From an uncultured Gammaproteobacteria bacterium (lineage in GTDB: Bacteria; Patescibacteriota; Microgenomatia; UBA8517), in assembly GCA_965231135.1 (NCBI GenBank), contig OZ246419.1, positions 577,488 to 641,487 on the forward strand: DNA of 64,000 nucleotides. The letters run 5' to 3'. Of the stretch, positions 47,458 to 58,741 are shown in pieces; the stretch's first letter is position 1; every line of letters begins with the position of its first letter. Made by a program: the position numbers and the translations under genes. The notes beneath the pieces are model-generated. The model was not told the DNA's origin. It made no database searches and saw only the letters and a program-made list of their open reading frames with translations.

Positions 47458-49464
47458 ATGAGAAAACTGTTATTTTTTATAATTTTAAGTTTAGGGATAT
47501 CAATATTGTTTGGAAATGTTCAAAGTATTTCAGCGCAAACTTGTACGGGAGATGTGACCTGTTGTAATGATTACGAGCCAACGCCAAAGTTTTGCAACAG
47601 TAATAATCCTTGTAATGGTGCTCCTGGATGTGTCCAATGTACTGGCTATGCCTGTTTCGGAACAAATTCATTGGGTTGTAGTTTTGCAGGCGGGGCATGT
47701 GGACATACTGCTTGTGGTGGTCCAGTGATGGGAGGCTCCTGTGTTTACACTCCTCCTGTTAATAGTTATACGTGTAATGTCTGCAATAACAATTCATGTA
47801 TTCAGGTAACACAACAACAAGCTTGTTCGTCTGCTGAAAACTGCAGCAATTGCGGAGGAGGAAGCGGAGGAGGTTCTGGAGGAAGTTGTAGCGGAGGATC
47901 AAATCCTGAGTGCCGTACTGATATATCAAACTGTGGTCAGATTGGAAAAGTTGGAGGATCGGGGTCGTGTTCTAATGGAGGGCTTTGCTGTGTCGAGCCT
48001 TCTGGAGGAGGCGGAGCGGCCTGCAATGTTTATAGTGTAAACGGTATATCAGACAGCTCAACACCAATTGTTCTTTATCAAAATAGAATTTCAAATCTTA
48101 GCATAGATAAAGACGGAGGGAATTCTGGATCAAGCGATCCACAAGCAGGTCTTGCTGTTCTTCCAACAAGCTTTGTAGTCACTCCTCCTGCCAAACAAGG
48201 ACAAGGTCTTCAAGGAGTCCCAAGTCCAACTATTATTGATAACCTTTTGCAGGTAATGAGTGCTAATCCGCAAAATTTATGTTGTCTTTATGGTAGAAAT
48301 TATGCAAATGTATCTGTATACGGCCTTAATCCTGGAACAACAACAATGAATGTTGTTCTTTATCTTTCTCATTACAGTTCAGGGACTTCAGGAGATGTAT
48401 GCAACAAATATTTTACAATACAAGTTAATCCGCCACAGTGTGACATAAGCCTTTCGCCTTCATTTAATACGATTAGCATTGGGCAAACGATACCTGTTAC
48501 AGCATCAGTTGACTCAAATGATAGCTCGCCGATTACAGGTGTGGCTTTTTCAACTACAAACGGAAGAATCACAGCAACACCAACCAGCGATGCAGCAAGC
48601 CCGTATTTGACAAACATTACAGGGATAAGTACCGGGACTGTACAGTTCACTGCCACCGCAACAACACAAAACGGAGGATCCTGTACAGTTTATAGCCCAA
48701 CAATAACAGTTAATAATTATTTGCCTGGATGGTGGCAAACCACTGGGGGAGATGCAGTTTCCAAAGGAAGCTTATCTTCTCTTGTCCCAACAAGTAATGT
48801 ATTTAGCAAAGATGGTGTTGGAGGTTTTCCGGGAAACGTGATTTACGGAGCGACGACAAACCTAACAGCTATTAATACTTCGAGCAAGAACTGGAAAGGA
48901 AATTCTGTTTATGGAGGAAAAACATATAATTCTGCAGCATTTTTAAACAATCTTCCATCAAATCTTATCTTGAATACCTTGCCAGTTGTTTCAGGCCAGT
49001 CTGATTTTGACTCAGGGACCGCAAGCCCTGATGGATATTATTACTATACTGTTAATAGCGGGAGTTTGACGATTAATGGCAACTTAACGGTTGCAGGAAA
49101 TAAAAAGATTGTTGTTTTTGTAAAAGGCGGGAGTTTAAATATTAATGGGAACATTATAATCCAGACAGCGGGAAGCGGGTTTTTTATGACAGTTGTTTCA
49201 GGAAATACAAATGTAAATGCGACGACTACAACTCTTAATGGAATTTTTGAAACAGATGGGGGCTTTAATACGGGAAGCGGGAATACCCAGCTTGTTGTTA
49301 AAGGAAGTGTTGCAGCTTGGGGCAGTGTTACTTTGCAACGAGATTTACAGTCGGCAAACTCTACAACAGCAGGAGAAAGTTTTGTATTTGACCCAACCTT
49401 AAGTCTCCTTTTCCCTCCAAGCTTGGCGCAAAATTCAATTTCCTGGAAGGAATTAGTTCCTTGA
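47458..49464 (+). CDS. secreted cysteine-rich protein with a Gly/Ser linker and beta-rich C-terminal region
   Basis: A signal peptide is followed by a Cys-rich N-domain with more than 30 Cys, 'GGGSGGGSGGS', and a Thr/Asn-rich beta region. Confidence 0.35.
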   Translation: MRKLLFFIILSLGISILFGNVQSISAQTCTGDVTCCNDYEPTPKFCNSNNPCNGAPGCVQCTGYACFGTNSLGCSFAGGACGHTACGGPVMGGSCVYTPPVNSYTCNVCNNNSCIQVTQQQACSSAENCSNCGGGSGGGSGGSCSGGSNPECRTDISNCGQIGKVGGSGSCSNGGLCCVEPSGGGGAACNVYSVNGISDSSTPIVLYQNRISNLSIDKDGGNSGSSDPQAGLAVLPTSFVVTPPAKQGQGLQGVPSPTIIDNLLQVMSANPQNLCCLYGRNYANVSVYGLNPGTTTMNVVLYLSHYSSGTSGDVCNKYFTIQVNPPQCDISLSPSFNTISIGQTIPVTASVDSNDSSPITGVAFSTTNGRITATPTSDAASPYLTNITGISTGTVQFTATATTQNGGSCTVYSPTITVNNYLPGWWQTTGGDAVSKGSLSSLVPTSNVFSKDGVGGFPGNVIYGATTNLTAINTSSKNWKGNSVYGGKTYNSAAFLNNLPSNLILNTLPVVSGQSDFDSGTASPDGYYYYTVNSGSLTINGNLTVAGNKKIVVFVKGGSLNINGNIIIQTAGSGFFMTVVSGNTNVNATTTTLNGIFETDGGFNTGSGNTQLVVKGSVAAWGSVTLQRDLQSANSTTAGESFVFDPTLSLLFPPSLAQNSISWKELVP

Positions 49465-49586
49465 CTTCTTGTATAATTTTTGTGTGGCAACGATAAATGT
49501 TTCCATACCAAACAAACTAAAAAGAAGCGCAGCAGTTGATTGATCGAGGCTTTTTTGTTTCATTTAGTGATCTTGTGAGACATTCT

Positions 49587-49715
49587 ATGAGGGAAACTGT
49601 GAAGAAAAATAGATATGATTTGATGGCTGAAATTGCCAAAGAGGAATATAAACAGGGAAGAGGGGCTGTTTTAAGAACCCAGAAAGATATCGATGATTTT
49701 TTTAAAAATCTTTGA
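49587..49715 (+). CDS. putative antitoxin (small, precedes a RelE/ParE-like toxin)
   Basis: The 42-aa ORF 'MRETVKKNRYDLMAEIAKEEYKQGRGAVLRTQKDIDDFFKNL' lies 4 nt upstream of the toxin frame. An upstream GTG start at 49575 is possible. Confidence 0.4.
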   Translation: MRETVKKNRYDLMAEIAKEEYKQGRGAVLRTQKDIDDFFKNL

Positions 49716-49719
49716 ATAG

Positions 49720-49980
49720 ATATATAAAATATTTTTTACTGATGATTTTAAACAGCAAGTAAAAAAGTTTTCAAGTAAAGATAAGGGGTTAGAAAAGCAG
49801 ATCCATAAAACCATCAAACTAGCTGCGCCGGATATAATTTATCCTTCACTTCGTCTCCACAAGTTAGAAGGAGAAAACAACTGGTCAATTTCAGTAAACA
49901 GAAGTATAAGAATAATTGTCAGCATTGACCGTGGTATTATTTATTGTTTGGAAATTGGTACGCATGATGATGTATATTAA
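49720..49980 (+). CDS. RelE/ParE-family toxin (no canonical start codon; ATA at 49720)
   Basis: The frame encodes '(I)YKIFFTDDFKQQVKKF...LRLHKLEGENNWSISVNRSIRIIVSIDRGIIYCLEIGTHDDVY'. This fits RelE/ParE C-terminal conservation. The frame opens after a TAG at 49717-49719 and contains no ATG, GTG or TTG. Confidence 0.45.
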   Translation: MYKIFFTDDFKQQVKKFSSKDKGLEKQIHKTIKLAAPDIIYPSLRLHKLEGENNWSISVNRSIRIIVSIDRGIIYCLEIGTHDDVY

Positions 49981-49983
49981 TTT

Positions 49984-50559
49984 ATGCACGCATATTTAAT
50001 AATTGGAGATTCTTCAGATTTTATTAATAGTTTTGAAGGGAGAAAAATTAATTTCGTAATTAATAAAATTGCTGATGTTCGCGAATTAAAAGCCACAACA
50101 AAATTAAAACTGACAGAAAAAACTGTCATTGTTTTAGAACGGTTTGATGAAGCAACCGCAGAAGCACAAAATGCATTTTTAAAATCGCTTGAAGAGCCTC
50201 AGATTAATCTAACTTACGTTTTAACTGCACAAAATATTCTAAACATTCTGCCAACAATTGTTTCAAGATGTGAAGTAAAAGAATTTGAAAGTTCTGGTCC
50301 AAATTTTTCTGAAGAAGAGAAAGAAAAGATGGAAAATTTTATTAAAGCAAACGATGGTCAAAAAATAAAACAAGTTAGTTTGATAAATAAAAGAGAAGAG
50401 GCGATAGAGTTTATTAGAAATTTAATTTTTTCTGCAAGCGAAAGTAAAATAGAAAGTTACAAATTGATTGATGAAGCAAATAAAACTTTAAACGCTTTAG
50501 AAAAAAATGGAAATGTACAACTTCAATTAACTAACTTTGTTGTAAATTCCAGAATTTAG
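49984..50559 (+). CDS. holB: DNA polymerase III delta' subunit-like clamp-loader protein (short)
   Basis: The motifs 'FLKSLEEP' and 'IVSRC' (the SRC motif) are present. The protein is 191 aa. Confidence 0.5.
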   Translation: MHAYLIIGDSSDFINSFEGRKINFVINKIADVRELKATTKLKLTEKTVIVLERFDEATAEAQNAFLKSLEEPQINLTYVLTAQNILNILPTIVSRCEVKEFESSGPNFSEEEKEKMENFIKANDGQKIKQVSLINKREEAIEFIRNLIFSASESKIESYKLIDEANKTLNALEKNGNVQLQLTNFVVNSRI

Positions 50560-52258
50560 AATATAAACTGTCTTTTCTTGCCAGCAGATTTTTGTGAGAA
50601 TCACGCTCGACAATTCTTCCTTTTTCCATAACGATAATTTCATCTGCTTTCATAATGGTTGAAAGACGGTGAGCTATAATAATTGTTGTTTTACCTTTGG
50701 CTGCCTTCCAAAAAGCATCTTGAATTAATTTTTCACTTTCGCTATCCAATTGGCTTGTTGCTTCGTCAAATATAATAATATCTGGATTACTTAAAATCAT
50801 TCTTGCAATTGCAAGGCGCTGTTTTTGCCCGCCAGACAATTTCACTCCGCGCTCTCCAACCTCGGTTTTATATTTTTCTGGGAGACTATTAATAAACCCG
50901 TCAATATGAGCAATTTTTGCTGCCCTTTCGACTTCGTTCAGGGTCGTAGACTTTTCGGCTCCGTATTCAATATTGTATCGAATAGTATTATTAAAAAGAA
51001 TTGGCTCTTGGGGAACAACTCCCATAAAAGATCTCAAATTGCTTTTTGTAAAATCTTTTATATTTATTCCATCAATTGTAATTTTTCCATTTGTTGGATC
51101 ATAAAAACGCATTAATAATCGCACTAAAGTTGTTTTGCCAACTCCAGACCTACCAACAAAAGCAATTGATTTTCCAGCTGGGATTTTCAAATTAATATTT
51201 TTGACCGCACTTCCACGGCTTGATTTATATGCAAAGGAAATATTTTTAAAATTAATATCGCCTTTGACGTGATCTAATATTGTTGCATTTGCGGGATCTT
51301 TAATTTGAACTTCTTCGTCGAGAATATCTAAATATTTTTTAATATCTGCATAACCTTGAGAAATTTGCCTGATGCTATAAACCATATTAAATAATTGAGG
51401 AAAAAATAACGAAACAGCTGAAATAATTAATACAAAATCTGAAAGGCCAATTGTTTTTCCAGAAACCAAATTAAAAGACATAAAAAGTACAAGAAAGACG
51501 CCGAGATTAATTAAATTTCCAAGAGCTGTATCAATGTATCGATAGGTTACAAAATATTTCCAGATTATTTTTTTCCAATCAGATAATTCTTTATCTAATC
51601 TATTTTGCTCCCAGTCTTCTTTTGCAAAAAGTTTGACAGTTTCATAATTAATTAAATTATCTGTAATTATTCCTGAGATTTCATCTTCTTTGTCATTAAC
51701 TGCCTTTCTTCTTTTAATATTTAATGGCAAAAGGGTTTTGGTAATAATTAAAGTAATAATTGCCGAGACAATAAAAATAACAATTATTCTGTAATCAATT
51801 CTCAAAAAATACCAAACTAAAATAACAAAGCCGACAATAACAGGATAAACTCGGGAATAAAATCTATCATATAAATCCCAAAAGGCATTTTCTCCTCGTT
51901 TAAAAGCACTGATTAAAGAACCAGTATTTCTTTGAGTGTGGTAAGCGAAATCTAAATCCTGAATTTGTTTGAAAACATCAAGTTTTAGTTTTTTTACTCC
52001 ATCAACTGCTGAGATATCTCCGGAAAAGTTTTTGATGTTGCCAAAAATATTTCCGACAATCATTATAGCTAAATATAAAAATAAAAGACTAAGAACTCCG
52101 TTTAAATTATTGGCTTGTATTTTATCAATAAAAAGTTTGGAAAAATAAGGAGTCGAGAAATCAATAACAACCGAAATCGTTGTTGTGACAATAAACAAAA
52201 TAAACCAGAATTTTCTGATCATTAAATATTCATGATATTTTTTAAGTGTTTTATACAT
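50531..52258 (-). CDS. ABC exporter, fused permease/ATPase (MsbA/type I exporter-like)
   Basis: Six TM helices are followed by an NBD with the Walker A 'GRSGVGKTT', the signature 'LSGGQKQRLAIAR' and the Walker B 'IIIFDEATS'. Confidence 0.85.
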   Translation of the reverse strand: MYKTLKKYHEYLMIRKFWFILFIVTTTISVVIDFSTPYFSKLFIDKIQANNLNGVLSLLFLYLAIMIVGNIFGNIKNFSGDISAVDGVKKLKLDVFKQIQDLDFAYHTQRNTGSLISAFKRGENAFWDLYDRFYSRVYPVIVGFVILVWYFLRIDYRIIVIFIVSAIITLIITKTLLPLNIKRRKAVNDKEDEISGIITDNLINYETVKLFAKEDWEQNRLDKELSDWKKIIWKYFVTYRYIDTALGNLINLGVFLVLFMSFNLVSGKTIGLSDFVLIISAVSLFFPQLFNMVYSIRQISQGYADIKKYLDILDEEVQIKDPANATILDHVKGDINFKNISFAYKSSRGSAVKNINLKIPAGKSIAFVGRSGVGKTTLVRLLMRFYDPTNGKITIDGINIKDFTKSNLRSFMGVVPQEPILFNNTIRYNIEYGAEKSTTLNEVERAAKIAHIDGFINSLPEKYKTEVGERGVKLSGGQKQRLAIARMILSNPDIIIFDEATSQLDSESEKLIQDAFWKAAKGKTTIIIAHRLSTIMKADEIIVMEKGRIVERDSHKNLLARKDSLYSKFWNLQQS

Positions 52259-52376
52259 AGAAATTTTAGGGACGCAAAAAAGCGCTGTCTAAAAAACGGG
52301 ATAGATTTATTATATACTTGAGGGAAGAAAAAGTGAATATTTAGCTTGCTATTAGCTTCGAAACAGGTTAGAATGA

Positions 52377-54335
<1,959 letters not shown>

Positions 54336-54385
54336 TCTAACTTTATTTATAAGCGAAGCTTGTAACATTCTGTTATAATACTTAT

Positions 54386-54922
54386 ATGAATTTACTTCAT
54401 GACATACCAGCTGGAGATCCAAAGACTACCGTAAATGTAATCATTGAAATCCCAATTGGAAGCGGAATTAAATATGAGTACGATAAAGATTTGCAAGTAA
54501 TTAGAGCTGATAGGTTTTTATATACAGCTTTTAAATATCCATTCAATTATGGTTTTATCCCAGGCACTTGGAGCGAAGACGAAGATCCACTTGATATTAT
54601 TGTTGTTTCCTCTGAAGCAGTTACCACTGGTACATTAATAGAATGTAAAGTTATCGGAATGCTTGCAACAGAAGATGAAGAAGGGAAGGACGCAAAGTTG
54701 CTTGCAGTTCCTAAGGGAAAGGTTGACCCAGTTTATAAAAGTGTAGAGAAAATTGATGATTTACCGGAAAGTTTGGTTAATAAAATTAAGCATTTTTATG
54801 AAAATTATAAATCCATAGAACCTGGAAAATGGGTTAAAGTGACTGGATGGAAAACAAGAGAAGAAGCGCAAGAAGAAATTGAAAAAGGAATTCAAAGATA
54901 TAAAAAAGAATTTAAGAAGTGA
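54386..54922 (+). CDS. ppa: inorganic pyrophosphatase (family I)
   Basis: The motifs 'DPLDIIVVS' and 'EYDKD' are present. Confidence 0.9.
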   Translation: MNLLHDIPAGDPKTTVNVIIEIPIGSGIKYEYDKDLQVIRADRFLYTAFKYPFNYGFIPGTWSEDEDPLDIIVVSSEAVTTGTLIECKVIGMLATEDEEGKDAKLLAVPKGKVDPVYKSVEKIDDLPESLVNKIKHFYENYKSIEPGKWVKVTGWKTREEAQEEIEKGIQRYKKEFKK

Positions 54923-55403
54923 TAATTTTATTTATCTTCAAAATTGTATTGTAATTTCTGATTGTTAGGCTTTTATAAAATTTTAATTTAATTAAATCTT
55001 TGAAACTGCTTTTTGTAAGTCCATCTAATTTTGTTGTCAGATATAGCCAATTTTTACCAGCGTCGAGATAATCTATATTTTCTTTTAATTTGATTTCTTT
55101 TGCTAAATCTTTTGGACTTAAATCATCCATAACAAAAGCTACATATTTTCTTAAATCATTTTCTTTCCAGGAATTTGGTGCATTTTCTATTACGTTATTT
55201 AATTCTTTTTCTGAAATAATAAAAGATTTATAGGGAATTTTAGAAAAATATTTCCTGTCTCCTTCAAAAATTACATTGCCGCTATTGATGTAAGTTTGGA
55301 CGTTTGTAAATCCGAGATCTTCAAAAATTTTTTTAAGGTCTGACATTTTGATAAGAGAATTGCCGCCAACATTAACTCCACGAAGAAAAGCTATATATTT
55401 CAT
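54912..55403 (-). CDS. DUF1697-family protein
   Basis: The N-terminal signature is '[44 protein letters not shown]'. Confidence 0.6.
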   Translation of the reverse strand: MKYIAFLRGVNVGGNSLIKMSDLKKIFEDLGFTNVQTYINSGNVIFEGDRKYFSKIPYKSFIISEKELNNVIENAPNSWKENDLRKYVAFVMDDLSPKDLAKEIKLKENIDYLDAGKNWLYLTTKLDGLTKSSFKDLIKLKFYKSLTIRNYNTILKINKIITS

Positions 55404-55786
55404 TCTTGATTTACTGAAGATTCGACAGTTGTTTTTGAATAAGAAGTGGAAGTTGATGATGAGGAAGAATTGCTATTTACATGAACATCTGCACTGCCAT
55501 TTCCTTCAACACTAACGTTTACGTTTGTTGAGCCATTGTTGTTTGATACTTTAACATCTGAATTGCCATCTTTTTGCTCAAAAGTTCCATTATCAGGGAG
55601 TGTTGTGGAAGTTGCATTTGGAATTGGAGTATCTGAGGGCTCTGGGGTGGGAGAATCAGTTGGCGTTGGAGTAGGTGACTCTAAAACAGTTGGTGTTGGA
55701 GTTGGATTGTCTAAATTTTGTACAACAGGAACCGCAAAAATTCCAAGCACTGCAATAGCTATAACTGTTATTAATTGAGTTCCCAT
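55400..55786 (-). CDS. secreted Pro/Thr-rich hypothetical protein
   Basis: An N-terminal TM or signal sequence is followed by PTPTPT low-complexity sequence. Confidence 0.3.
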   Translation of the reverse strand: MGTQLITVIAIAVLGIFAVPVVQNLDNPTPTPTVLESPTPTPTDSPTPEPSDTPIPNATSTTLPDNGTFEQKDGNSDVKVSNNNGSTNVNVSVEGNGSADVHVNSNSSSSSTSTSYSKTTVESSVNQE

Positions 55787-56511
55787 GTGACTGTAACTGA
55801 CTTACTCATTGTAGTTGTTCCTGGCTGAATCGGAGCTGGGACAGAACTAGCTGACTGATCTTTAGTTGCAAATAATGGCGATATGGGAGAAGATGTCCCA
55901 TCTTCGTTTAAGGTGATTATTTTTCCAAGAGTTTGGCCTGAAGCTTTGGCGATGTTTTGTGCTTTTGTTTTGGCATCTGCTACAGCTTTGGTTAGTAGAT
56001 CACTATCAGTGTTTGTATTTTGATCAACTGATAAATTTGGACCATATACATTGGTTGCTCCTGAATTATTTAATAAATCAGTAAGGCTTGAAGCTTTTGA
56101 GACATCACGTAGAGTTATAGAAATCGAATTGCTTGCTGTCCAGTCGTTATTATTTGTTTGCTGTGGTGGAACTGGATAGATCAAAGTTTGAGCTTGGTTT
56201 TGATAAGTATTTACACTTTGAGTCGTAATATCGGCATCGGCAATACCAAAATTTTTAAGAGCTGCAAGTAATGCAGTCATTTGGGTATTAACTTTATTTA
56301 CAGCAGTTTGTTTATCTGCATTAGTTGCTGTAACTGTAGCATTAAAAGTTGCAACTTGATTAGTTACATCTTCCTGAGCTGTTCCAGTTACTGTAATAGT
56401 TCCAGCCGGTTGTATAGAAATTTTTCCCCAATTAATTCTAGAGATTGGTAGAAAGTTTGCAGCTAAAACTAAAACAATTAACGTTCCTAGAGCAAAAAAA
56501 ATATTTTTCAT
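55771..56511 (-). CDS. SIMPL-domain (DUF541) periplasmic protein
   Basis: The size, signal peptide and an Ala/Thr-rich pattern with 'ALLAALKNFGIADADITTQ' are SIMPL-like. Confidence 0.45.
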   Translation of the reverse strand: MKNIFFALGTLIVLVLAANFLPISRINWGKISIQPAGTITVTGTAQEDVTNQVATFNATVTATNADKQTAVNKVNTQMTALLAALKNFGIADADITTQSVNTYQNQAQTLIYPVPPQQTNNNDWTASNSISITLRDVSKASSLTDLLNNSGATNVYGPNLSVDQNTNTDSDLLTKAVADAKTKAQNIAKASGQTLGKIITLNEDGTSSPISPLFATKDQSASSVPAPIQPGTTTMSKSVTVTWELN

Positions 56512-56762
56512 GATATGGCTTTATACCTGGGCATTGTAGAAATATCTGCGTTAATGTTTTTAATTTCGTCTTTAATATAGTGGACTTCGACTGTTAAAGT
56601 ATCAACTTTATTTTCAAGTTTTTTGAATTCTTCTTTAGTTGGAACATTATCAAACATTTTTTGCATTCCAGTAACTATTGCATCAGTAGCTTGTTGGACG
56701 ATATCAGTCACAATTTCTCGCACATCGTCTTTTGTGGCATAGTTAGGTTTTTTATTTGTCAT
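56508..56762 (-). CDS. hypothetical protein
   Basis: The ORF is 84 aa. Confidence 0.25.
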   Translation of the reverse strand: MTNKKPNYATKDDVREIVTDIVQQATDAIVTGMQKMFDNVPTKEEFKKLENKVDTLTVEVHYIKDEIKNINADISTMPRYKAIS

Positions 56763-56789
56763 AATTCATAATATCACAAGTTTACAAAT

Positions 56790-56810
56790 ATTTTGTGATA
56801 TAATATCTGT
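56790..56810 (+). promoter_or_regulatory. extended -10 promoter (TGaTATAAT) upstream of typA; 21-nt motif identical to 58672..58692
   Basis: The motif is 'attttgtgatataatatctgt'. A hairpin plus T6 at 56814-56836 lies in the leader. Confidence 0.45.
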
Positions 56811-56837
56811 ATATCCGCTGAAAGGGCGGGTTTTTTA

Positions 56838-58643
56838 ATGGATATTAGAAATATTGCTATTATTGCTCACGTTGATCACGGAAAAACAACTTTGGTCGAT
56901 GCAATGCTTCGCCAATCTCACACTAAAATCAAAAAAGAGATTGAACAGGCAGGGCTTATTATGGATAATAATGAACTTGAACGAGAACGGGGAATTACCA
57001 TTTTTTCCAAAAATGCCTCAGTTACTTATAAAGATACAAAAATAAATATTATTGATACACCAGGGCACGCTGATTTCGGAGGAGAAGTAGAACGCGTGCT
57101 TAAAATGGCAGACGGAGTATTGCTTCTTATTGATGCAAAAGACGGACCAATGCCGCAAACCAGATTCGTTTTGAAGAATGCACTTAAATTGGGACTAAAA
57201 ATCATTGTTGTTGTTAATAAAATTGATATTCCAGAAGCACGACCTGATTGGGTTTTGGGAAAAACATTTGATTTATTTTTAGAGCTTGGAGCTTCTGATG
57301 AGGCAACAAACTTTCCAATTGTTTATGCATCTGCCAAAAACGGAGTTGCAGGACTCACTCCAAACTTTTCTGAAATGAAAGATATTACTCCTCTTTTTGA
57401 AGCTATTATAAAAGAAGTCCCAGCCCCGTCCGGAGATCCAGATAAACCACTTCAGATGCTTGCAACAACTTTAAGCTATGACAGCTTTAAAGGCAGAATG
57501 GTAACAGGACGCATTTATAACGGCAGAATAAAATTTGGCCAAGATGTGATGCATATAAATCGTGAAAGAGTGCAAAAGAAATACAGAATCGTGACACTTA
57601 CCGGATTTCAAGGGCTTGAAAAAGTGGATATCAAAGAGGCAGAAGCAGGCGATATTGTCGCAGTTTCTGGAATTCCTGATATTACAATTGGAGAAACAAT
57701 AGCTGACCCGATAACTCCAATTGCGCTCCCTGTTCTTTCCATTGAAGAGCCGACAATTAAAATGACTTTTAATATAAACACTTCGCCTTTTGGAGGCAAA
57801 GAAGGAGAATTTAAAACTGGAAGCCAACTTAAAGCAAGACTTTACCGTGAGCTTGAGTCTGACGTTGCTCTTAAAGTTGAAGAAGCGGGAGGAAAATGGA
57901 TTGTATCAGGGCGAGGGGAACTTCATTTGGCAATTTTGATTGAACGCATGAGAAGAGAAGGTTATGAATTTGAAGTAGGACGCCCAACTGCGATTACAAA
58001 AACTGAAAATGGTGAAAAGATGACTCCTTGGGAAAAAGTTTATATCGAGTCACCTGATGAATATGCAGGATCGGTCATTCAAAATATGAATAAAAGACAT
58101 GCAAATATGGTTGATATGAAAAGCGAGCAGGGAATCACTTATTTAGAGTTTGATATTGCTACAAAAAATTTATTTGGAATGCGATCTGATTTATTAACAA
58201 CTACAAAAGGAAACGGAATTTTAAATAATAGTTTTATGGAATTCCGTAAAGATGACGGAGTAGTACTTGCTCGAGATCATGGAAGCTTAGTTGCCTTTGA
58301 AACTGGAATTACAAGACTTTATGGATTAATTAATGTACAGGACCGGGGAGAGCTTTTTGTCGGGCCAAATGAAAATGTTTATAAAGGCGAAGTTGTTGGG
58401 CAAAATGCTCGCGAGGAAGATATTGACGTAAATGTTTGTAAAGAAAAGAAACTTTCAAATATGAGAAGTAAGGGAGATGGGCCTCAAGGGCATTTTAACA
58501 CACCAAAGAAAATGAGTTTGGAGGAAGCATTGGAATATATTGATGATACAGAATTAGTTGAAGTGACTCCACAAAATATTCGTGTCCGAAAAATTATTTT
58601 GGACCAAGTTGAAGCAAAAAGACTTGCAAAGTTAATAAAATAA
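56838..58643 (+). CDS. typA: translational GTPase TypA/BipA
   Basis: The N-terminus is 'IRNIAIIAHVDHGKTTLVD'. The EF-G-like domain order and a size of 601 aa fit TypA. Confidence 0.9.
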   Translation: MDIRNIAIIAHVDHGKTTLVDAMLRQSHTKIKKEIEQAGLIMDNNELERERGITIFSKNASVTYKDTKINIIDTPGHADFGGEVERVLKMADGVLLLIDAKDGPMPQTRFVLKNALKLGLKIIVVVNKIDIPEARPDWVLGKTFDLFLELGASDEATNFPIVYASAKNGVAGLTPNFSEMKDITPLFEAIIKEVPAPSGDPDKPLQMLATTLSYDSFKGRMVTGRIYNGRIKFGQDVMHINRERVQKKYRIVTLTGFQGLEKVDIKEAEAGDIVAVSGIPDITIGETIADPITPIALPVLSIEEPTIKMTFNINTSPFGGKEGEFKTGSQLKARLYRELESDVALKVEEAGGKWIVSGRGELHLAILIERMRREGYEFEVGRPTAITKTENGEKMTPWEKVYIESPDEYAGSVIQNMNKRHANMVDMKSEQGITYLEFDIATKNLFGMRSDLLTTTKGNGILNNSFMEFRKDDGVVLARDHGSLVAFETGITRLYGLINVQDRGELFVGPNENVYKGEVVGQNAREEDIDVNVCKEKKLSNMRSKGDGPQGHFNTPKKMSLEEALEYIDDTELVEVTPQNIRVRKIILDQVEAKRLAKLIK

Positions 58644-58671
58644 ATTAAACTTCTAAACCCTATAGTACTTC

Positions 58672-58692
58672 ATTTTGTGATATAATATCTGT
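58672..58692 (+). promoter_or_regulatory. second copy of the extended -10 promoter motif, upstream of the 58742 ORF
   Basis: This 21-nt sequence is identical to 56790..56810. It is followed by a leader hairpin ttcaac-atttc-gttgaa and the SD 'aaaggagag'. Confidence 0.45.
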
Positions 58693-58741
58693 TCAACATT
58701 TCGTTGAATAGCACATTAACAGTTCAAAAGGAGAGAGTACC

